The notes under the pieces: model-generated
Databases searched by the model: none
Told to the model about the DNA's origin: nothing
Seen by the model: the letters and a program-made list of their open reading frames with translations, nothing else
From: a virus
Taxonomy: Duplodnaviria; Caudoviricetes
Reading direction: 5' to 3' (one strand)
IMG/VR virus record: IMGVR_UViG_3300025418_000839
Location: 32,001 to 96,000 of that record
DNA: 64,000 bases
Program-made: the position numbers and the translations under genes
Shown: in pieces, positions 57,190 through 64,000 of the stretch
How positions within the stretch are numbered: position 1 is the first letter of the stretch
Layout: each line of letters starts with the position of its first letter

Positions 57190-60100
57190 TTACCAGTCTA
57201 TTCTTAGTTGACGTACCCAGTTTTGAGCAGTAGATCCTCCAGTGTATGCCGCTACACCAAAGTAATTTCCAGCCGGAGTCCAACTACCAATGTTAACCGA
57301 TCCTTGATATATTTCATTGATATATACTTCTAACATACGGTTGCCGTTCTGTATCTTGCGTATTTTCAGTGTTAGATTATAGAAACTGGTGTAACTGGCG
57401 TTCCATAATGTAACTCCAGATGTTACATAGTTACCGTTACCAATATAGGGAATATTAGTTTGTGTGCCGCCAACATAAACTTCAAATTGACTTGCACTAC
57501 TATAATAATGGTTCATAACTGCAATACCACCATAAGTGTTGGTATTACCGGGATTACCTGTTATGGCAGCATTAGATCCAAAGTAGATCCATTGTCCGTC
57601 GGCACCAGTGCCTCCACTAGCACCAATACTAGCAGTTATAACCATATCATAGTTATAATTGACTGTACTACTATTCCAGTTAATGTAGCCAGATTGTGAA
57701 GTAGAAGTAGTAGTTAGTTTTAATCCGTAAGCCTGAGTGCTATCCCATGTAGCATTTCCACCAATAGTACCACTTGGAGTAAATGCACTCAATGCCGATG
57801 TAGAATTAGCTTGCCAAGTGTCCCACAAGAAACGAGTCTTAGGTCCACTAGCGCCAGCAGTAATAACATTACCAGCAGTTACATTGCCGCTGTATGTTGC
57901 AGTAGTACCAACACTATTACCGTATTGTGTGCCAGTAATGTTACCGGCTGTTAAATTGCCAACAATAGTAACAGTATTACCGAACCAAGCAGGAGTAATG
58001 CTTGTGGCTACCAACCAACCTGATCCATCTGGGTTGATAGTAATGTTAGCATTAGTTCCTACCACTGTACCAATTGTACCACCAGTGTTCATCACAAGGT
58101 CGCCATTGGCAGGTATAGTTAAGTTACCAGTATTGTCAAACACATACGAATAACTACCGGATACCAAGGTAACGTTAGGTTGTGTACCATAGATGTTACC
58201 AACTGTACTAATACCAGTTAGTGCCGCACCATTACCTACAAAGTAGTTGGCTGTGACGTTACCAGTATAAGTTGCAGTTGTACCAATGCTATTACCATAT
58301 TGATTACCGATTACGTTACCACCATAAATGTTACCTGTAGTGTTAATGTTTCCACCAGCAACCATTAATAAGTTACCGCCCACATCCAACTGCATCTGTG
58401 TTGTACCACTGGTCAAGAAGCTTAATGGCAAGTATGTGCCTGTGCCATTGATACCTGAAACAAGCTGAACATCTGTGGTACCGTTTGTGGCAATTAATAT
58501 TTTACTTGCGTTTGTTAAACTACTGTTGTTAGCGGCCTGCCAACTTGCAGCTGTACCAGTACCAGTTGGTGCTGCATAGATACCAGGATTACTGTTAGCC
58601 GCAGTTGGGCGGAATACAGTTCTGTAGTTTACTGTGCTATTAGTAAAGTCGCCGTATATAGCAGAGTTAGAAGGATGGAACATATTACCCGGTAATATCA
58701 AGTTACCATCCATACCAAAGTTATAGTTGGCTAGACCCTGACCAGTATAGTTAGAATTATAGTTACTCAGTATAACAGTGGAGCCAAGGCCACCCGGTAA
58801 AGTTAAGACGTCACCATTTTTATACCCAAAGCCAGGGTTGGTTACAACATAACTGTTAGGGTAACCACCAGTGGCACCATAACTTGCTGTCATTCCTGTA
58901 CCCGAACCACCTGTTAGTGATTGGTTAGTATACGGAGGACTGTTATATCCGCCAGCGCCAGCATAGGTAGTAAGATTATTAAATGTACCAAAAGCACGAA
59001 CTGTTAAATTACCACTACTGGTTCCAATAGCATTACCAACAAATACGTTACTACCTGCACCGCCTACTGTGGCAGAACCTAGGTTGATTGTAGTTGCGGC
59101 TCCACCCATGTTAATTGTAGTGGCTGTGCCATTGAATATTGTGGCAGTAGTTTGGTTGGTTGTGATTGTAGCACTGGTATTAAGTACTAGGCCGGCGGCC
59201 GCTGTTAACGCACCTGCTGAGGTAATACCAAGACTGTTTGATGTAGATATTCCCGAACCGTTGATTGTGGCCCATAAACCTGAACCGTTAACAGCATTGG
59301 CTGTTACTGAGCCACTTGTGCCCGTGAATAAAAATCCACCAGTGCCAGACATTGCCACGGCTGCGGCACCAGTACTTTGTGTATTGCGATAGTATGATGA
59401 ACCATTGGCACCAAAGTACAAGTTATTGTATATATAAGTTGTGCCTAGTGCTGATCCTCCGCCTTGGGTGATAGTTGTTGCATTGCCAACAAATACCTGT
59501 GTGATGTTGGCCTGTAATGGTGTCGCAGTTACATTACCAACGCTACCAATAAAGACTGCGGTGTTAGCGGCCAACATTGCAACTACGTTGGCGTTACTGT
59601 ATGTAGAGCTACCGCCGCCTGTATATGTAGCGTTAGCGTATGTATAGAATGATCCTACGTTGGCTTGTAATGTTGATATAGCACTATTGGTAGCGGTAGT
59701 ATTAGCCACCAAACCAAGGATAGTTGCGTCTGTGCCGGCAGCCAGATATGCAGTTACGTTGGCGTTGCTATAAGTTGTACCACTACTGGTGCTTGACCAA
59801 GCTGTGCCATTGGCCCAGAATATACCGTTACTTACTTGTAATGTATTAGCAGATATAACATTAGCACCAGTAATGTTACCATAACTACCTGTTGTGGTGA
59901 TGCTACCCACTGTATATGTACCTGCGGTTGTTAAGTTACTAGCAGTGATATTACCTGTGGTTGTAATTGTTGCTGTGGTTAAATAAGCGGTTACGTTAGT
60001 GTTACTATAAGTACCTGCCTGCGGATTAGCTGTTAAATACGCAGAAACGTTGTTGTTAGAATAAACATTAGCCTGCAAGTTACCTAACCAAGTGGTATGT

Positions 60101-61746
60101 GTAGTTACTGTGTTGTAAATTGAACCAATGTTAGCATTAGTTGTATTTTCATAACTACCAATGTTAGCATTAATAGTATTAATACTTGTGGTATGTCCGG
60201 CTATAACTGAGTTTGCCGCTGTTACGTTTGCATTGGTAGCAACTATACTATTATATAAACCAACAACGTTGGCGTTGGCCCAAGTTTCATACGCACCAAT
60301 ATTGGCATTTAAATTTTGTATTGCAGTATTGGCACCCGTAATACTATTATACAAGCCTGCGGTGTTTGCATTGCTGAATATTTCAAATGCACCAATGTTA
60401 GAGTTAATAGTATTAATACTTGTAGTATGGCCTGCTATAACCAAATTGGCAGCAGTAGTATTAGCCACCAAACCAAGAATAGTTGCGTCTGTTCCGGCAG
60501 ACAAGTAAGCAGTTACATTGGAATTACTGTATGTTCCGCCGATACCAGTTAGTATACTCACACCGTTTGCATAAACAAAGTTAGTACCTTTGAATGTCGT
60601 GGCATTGGCCGTAGTAGTTATTAAATTACCTACAGTAATATTACCTGCTAAGTAACCTGCTACGTTAGAGTTAGCATAACTACTTGTGCCAAAATTTGTG
60701 TTGGCCCAAGTATAGAAAGATCCTACGTTGGCTTGTAGTGTAGAGATTGCCAAATTAGCAGCTGTTACGTTAGAATTTATAGTAGACAAGTTACCGGCGA
60801 TGTAGGCAGACACGTTAGTGTTACTGTATGTTCCTGGTTGGGGATTAGCAACCAAATAACTTGCAACATTGGCATTACTATAAGTTCCGCTAGCGGCTGC
60901 AATTAATATATTGGCCGCAATAATGTTGGCACGTAATCCAGAAATTTCTGATTCTTGTACGGCGGCATTACTTTGTAAACCGGCAATTGCTAAGTTTGCA
61001 GCGGTTATATTTGCGTTAATTATATTAATTGAAGTCTGCTGAATAGCGGCATTAGCAGTCCAAGCTGTAGTTACACTATCAACGTAACCTTTCATTGCGG
61101 TGTTGGCTGTAACTATTGCAGAATTGGCCGCGGTTACATTAGCATTGATGCTTGTAATACTATTTGTAATTGCACCAATGGCACTACCTTCAGCAGCTAA
61201 ATTAGCGGCTATTTCTCCCAAGGTATCTAAGGTACCGGGAGCAGAATTAATTAAGTTATTGATTGCTGTACTAATTTGGTAATCAGTATAACCTTTTAAT
61301 GAGGTATTAGCAGTAATGATTGCGGCATTAGCAGCTGCAATGTTTGCATTAATAGCCGCAATAGTTGAATTGTGTGGCAAATATACAGCCACGTTAGCAT
61401 TACCATATCCGCCGGCTTGTAGTGTTGATATAGCAGAATTAATTTCTTCTAAATTTACATTGGCAAAAAATTGTTCAAGTTGAGTAACATTACCTGTAAT
61501 ACCGGCTATGTTAGCCACTTCTGTTTGAAGTGTGTTTAAGTTAGCTTGAATTGGTAATACATCACCTGTGACTAAGTGGCCGCCAGGAGTTACTCCATCT
61601 TGTGCAACTAGTTGATGTGTTTCTGTGTTTAATACTAATTCGCCAGCCGGACCCGTGTAGGAACCAATGGTAAGTGTGTTACCACGTTTAATTAAAATCT
61701 GATTAATATTAAGATTTGCCATACCGTTATAGTGTTCCGCCATCAA
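57190..61746 (-). CDS. Long tail fibre with C-terminal L-type lectin-like domain
   Basis: N-terminal KRG..GELVL....DGVTPGG; YSNANV repeats; C-terminal GADG..F..GVAAYTGG lectin-like motif. Confidence 0.8.
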   Translation of the reverse strand: MMAEHYNGMANLNINQILIKRGNTLTIGSYTGPAGELVLNTETHQLVAQDGVTPGGHLVTGDVLPIQANLNTLQTEVANIAGITGNVTQLEQFFANVNLEEINSAISTLQAGGYGNANVAVYLPHNSTIAAINANIAAANAAIITANTSLKGYTDYQISTAINNLINSAPGTLDTLGEIAANLAAEGSAIGAITNSITSINANVTAANSAIVTANTAMKGYVDSVTTAWTANAAIQQTSINIINANITAANLAIAGLQSNAAVQESEISGLRANIIAANILIAAASGTYSNANVASYLVANPQPGTYSNTNVSAYIAGNLSTINSNVTAANLAISTLQANVGSFYTWANTNFGTSSYANSNVAGYLAGNITVGNLITTTANATTFKGTNFVYANGVSILTGIGGTYSNSNVTAYLSAGTDATILGLVANTTAANLVIAGHTTSINTINSNIGAFEIFSNANTAGLYNSITGANTAIQNLNANIGAYETWANANVVGLYNSIVATNANVTAANSVIAGHTTSINTINANIGSYENTTNANIGSIYNTVTTHTTWLGNLQANVYSNNNVSAYLTANPQAGTYSNTNVTAYLTTATITTTGNITASNLTTAGTYTVGSITTTGSYGNITGANVISANTLQVSNGIFWANGTAWSSTSSGTTYSNANVTAYLAAGTDATILGLVANTTATNSAISTLQANVGSFYTYANATYTGGGSSTYSNANVVAMLAANTAVFIGSVGNVTATPLQANITQVFVGNATTITQGGGSALGTTYIYNNLYFGANGSSYYRNTQSTGAAAVAMSGTGGFLFTGTSGSVTANAVNGSGLWATINGSGISTSNSLGITSAGALTAAAGLVLNTSATITTNQTTATIFNGTATTINMGGAATTINLGSATVGGAGSNVFVGNAIGTSSGNLTVRAFGTFNNLTTYAGAGGYNSPPYTNQSLTGGSGTGMTASYGATGGYPNSYVVTNPGFGYKNGDVLTLPGGLGSTVILSNYNSNYTGQGLANYNFGMDGNLILPGNMFHPSNSAIYGDFTNSTVNYRTVFRPTAANSNPGIYAAPTGTGTAASWQAANNSSLTNASKILIATNGTTDVQLVSGINGTGTYLPLSFLTSGTTQMQLDVGGNLLMVAGGNINTTGNIYGGNVIGNQYGNSIGTTATYTGNVTANYFVGNGAALTGISTVGNIYGTQPNVTLVSGSYSYVFDNTGNLTIPANGDLVMNTGGTIGTVVGTNANITINPDGSGWLVATSITPAWFGNTVTIVGNLTAGNITGTQYGNSVGTTATYSGNVTAGNVITAGASGPKTRFLWDTWQANSTSALSAFTPSGTIGGNATWDSTQAYGLKLTTTSTSQSGYINWNSSTVNYNYDMVITASIGASGGTGADGQWIYFGSNAAITGNPGNTNTYGGIAVMNHYYSSASQFEVYVGGTQTNIPYIGNGNYVTSGVTLWNASYTSFYNLTLKIRKIQNGNRMLEVYINEIYQGSVNIGSWTPAGNYFGVAAYTGGSTAQNWVRQLRIDW

Positions 61747-62221
61747 TTGAGTATGTGTCGCTTAACGGAGGAGCTACGGTTGTACTATAGTAAGCCGGTA
61801 AAACTTCTAAGTCCAAAGGAACACCATAGTTGTCATCAATGTAAACTGGGCTAGTTACATCTGTACTTGTAACTGTAGTACTAAATGCTATTTTATAAAA
61901 ACGTTGTTCTAAGCTATTAATAGTATTTGCATCAAATGTAAAATTGCCCTGCCCCTTTGTAATATCAACAAAAGTTACAGCATAACTTTTAATAGTCAAT
62001 TGATTTGTGGGATCCTGTATACTTGCAGTCACAGTACTGCCTGTTAAATTCACAGGTTTTTGGTCCTGATTCATTATAGTAACTTGTATAGGATTGTCTA
62101 CTCCTTGGTAAACTTTAATTGGTCGGCTGTACACTTGGCGATTCCTTGTAGTAAATATCGTAGGATCAAAAACTTGAACCACGGCTGTATTTGGGTATAA
62201 ATATGCTTTGACAGTAATCAT
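61727..62221 (-). CDS. BppU-like baseplate/adaptor protein
   Basis: VYQGVDNPIQV..NQDQKPVNLTG pattern. Confidence 0.5.
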   Translation of the reverse strand: MITVKAYLYPNTAVVQVFDPTIFTTRNRQVYSRPIKVYQGVDNPIQVTIMNQDQKPVNLTGSTVTASIQDPTNQLTIKSYAVTFVDITKGQGNFTFDANTINSLEQRFYKIAFSTTVTSTDVTSPVYIDDNYGVPLDLEVLPAYYSTTVAPPLSDTYSIDGGTL

Positions 62222-62257
62222 TTAATTTGCTCGTCTTTAACATATTTATCGGATAAC

Positions 62258-62632
62258 GTGGAAGAACACTACAAGCAACTATTAAGTCAGTACCCATACC
62301 TAAGCCACGTTACCTACGGCGGTAATGACTACATTGGTATCATACAAAATTCAGACGAAGTTATCACAACAATTTATGATTTTGGTGCTCTGAAGGACGC
62401 AGAACTCAAGCGAGTTTTTCTAAATTTGGGAGAAACTTGGTGGTGGGAATCAAATAGGTTAATACCTATTAATGTGTTTCTAAAAGCAGATTGGATTGTT
62501 TTTAAAGGGTGCCTACGTACTATGAATAGTAAAGACGTTGAAATAAAGATGGGCCCTTATGTGAGCCTTAAAGAAATGGCTACTAAACGATCAAAGCGTA
62601 AATCAATTACCCTTATCCGCAAGGTTAGTTAA
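62258..62632 (+). CDS. Conserved hypothetical protein
   Basis: 124 aa; WWWESNRLIPIN.FL; basic C-terminus. Confidence 0.65.
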   Translation: MEEHYKQLLSQYPYLSHVTYGGNDYIGIIQNSDEVITTIYDFGALKDAELKRVFLNLGETWWWESNRLIPINVFLKADWIVFKGCLRTMNSKDVEIKMGPYVSLKEMATKRSKRKSITLIRKVS

Positions 62633-63278
62633 TAAGTTTTAATAACTCATCTATAGTAATACTACTTTTAGAACCTTTACTACTATTTTGCTTTGCTTCA
62701 AGTATTTGTAAATTTGCAGGATGATTTACTATACTTTCAGACAGTCCTGCTTTCCACGCATCAAATACACTCAATTTATGGTCCACATGATATGTCTGCT
62801 GACCTAATACATATCCTTGTTCTTTTGCCCATTTTTGTGCTCGACTGCGTATTCGTCGGGCATAGTGGCGGAAATCTTTCATTTGCTCAGGAGTAAAATC
62901 TCCCCATTTCTTCCTAAGTGTCATTCTTAATTTATTATGAGTTTCTTCATTGTGTAATCTTTTTATTAATGATTCTTTCGTTGCTTCTTTCCGCTTGGTT
63001 GCACCTTCCCATTGTTTAGCAATTCTAATAGAATGTTGCTTGATATATTCTGGGCAATGATGTGCATTCTTAAGGCAGGTGTATTTTCCGCCAGTTCCTC
63101 GAAATAATGCAAGAGTATTGCATCCGTGATCACATAGTTGATTAGGCGGTATAGGGTTGTGGGTTTGTTTATGATAATGATACATAGACGGATTATTTGA
63201 GATATAATCGCAATGCTCACATTTCCGCGGGTAGCGTATACCTGAATGAACTTTATTTGGACAACCTTTACGAGACAT
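62625..63278 (-). mobile_element. HNH homing endonuclease with N-terminal Zn fingers
   Basis: CEHC..H..H; YHVDH...NLQIL....N..K. Confidence 0.75.
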
Positions 63279-63320
63279 AACTTTTCCTTAGTATAACTTT
63301 ATTTATACTAAATCAAAAAA

Positions 63321-63911
63321 TCACATGCCGTTACGTTCTTGCTCAGATAAAAGATTCATGTGGACTACAACTAAGTGGCTGTAGGCCACAGAATGGCTAC
63401 GTTTGAAGTAATAGCTGTCATCTGTGGGCTTTTCCCACACAGTTTCTGCTACTTCCCGCCATGTTTTGCCTATTAAATGACGCTTTGCAGGTCTAATAAC
63501 ACTCAGGAACATGGCCATGCGGGCAATACTAGTTACTGCTTCGGGCATTTGAATTAAAGTCTTGTAGTGATTGTTAATGTGTATAAGTTTTCCGCAGAAT
63601 TCTGGATCATAGAGTTTGGCCCAGTCTGGTTCTTGATCGATCAATGCCTGTAGATGTTCTTCACTCTTTATCTGCGTATATAATGATACATTTAGAAAGT
63701 CTAGTTTAGCATAGCCGCGGTCTTCAGCAGATTCATAATCAATGCTGGCAACACCAGTAAATGGATCCACGGGAATTGAAGTTGGGTACACTCCAGTATT
63801 GTGACGAATTAATCGGCCATCACGTAAGATACTCGCCGGAGTAGTTTTAAGCAAGGCCAGTGCCCGCTCACGATCTGGGAAGTCGATGTCGATGTCTGAA
63901 CGAAATTTCAT
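63321..63911 (-). CDS. Minimal DNA polymerase III alpha (DnaE)-like palm protein
   Basis: SDIDIDF, RHNTGVY, KLDFL, IRP, FKRSHSVAY in 196 aa. Confidence 0.75.
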   Translation of the reverse strand: MKFRSDIDIDFPDRERALALLKTTPASILRDGRLIRHNTGVYPTSIPVDPFTGVASIDYESAEDRGYAKLDFLNVSLYTQIKSEEHLQALIDQEPDWAKLYDPEFCGKLIHINNHYKTLIQMPEAVTSIARMAMFLSVIRPAKRHLIGKTWREVAETVWEKPTDDSYYFKRSHSVAYSHLVVVHMNLLSEQERNGM

Positions 63912-64000
63912 AGGCCTGCCCTTTGTAGTATATCTTTAACCCACTCAGTATCAGCCATATAGTCTTTAAATTTTCTTTGCCAAAAATCAGGATCTATCCA
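63908..64000 (-). CDS. Partial CDS (C-terminus only)
   Basis: Open frame ...WIDPDFWQRKFKDYMADTEWVKDILQRAGL*, ATGA overlap with the DnaE-like gene. Confidence 0.55.
   Translation of the reverse strand, partial: WIDPDFWQRKFKDYMADTEWVKDILQRAGL

Noticed and set aside
1-64000. Cellular (bacterial) origin suggested by csg, isc, rpsU, clpS and ugd
   Set aside because: These genes are interleaved with tail fibres, PAAR, T4-like primase/helicase, homing endonucleases and TAAATA promoters at phage-like gene density
1-64000. CRISPR array, tRNA or rRNA genes
   Set aside because: No regularly spaced repeats or cloverleaf/T-loop signatures seen in the short intergenic gaps (manual inspection only)

Overview
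This window is part of a large AT-rich myovirus (jumbo or T4-like phage) genome with standard genetic code and mostly minus-strand genes. The host is probably Proteobacterial, possibly Betaproteobacterial (inferred from iscU/iscA/erpA, the desaturase and a phasin-like gene). Core phage functions include primase, DnaB/gp41-like helicase, nrdA/nrdB/glutaredoxin, exonucleases, UvsE, a PAAR spike, a SleB-type hydrolase, three tail fibres and four free-standing homing endonucleases. Host-like auxiliary genes include bS21, Hsp20, ClpS, IscU/ErpA/IscA, UDP-glucose dehydrogenase, an amidinotransferase and a desaturase. The most striking feature is a ~10 kb co-oriented island (9985-20185): csgF, csgG, a curlin-repeat protein, a FecR protein with a curlin-like C-terminal strand, a PA14-curlin fusion, an autotransporter-like protein and a CHASE2 adenylate cyclase, preceded by a stand-alone copy of the cyclase C-terminus. 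It looks like a phage-encoded curli/type VIII secretion system coupled to trans-envelope cAMP signalling. Other notable items are a tandem Pol-beta NTase/NTase/ligase-like module with a shared virion-targeting-like N-terminus, two ROSE-like RNA thermometers, a 196-aa minimal DnaE, and a homing endonuclease that appears to have displaced and replaced the primase N-terminus. All calls come from manual motif recognition. No database searches were run.
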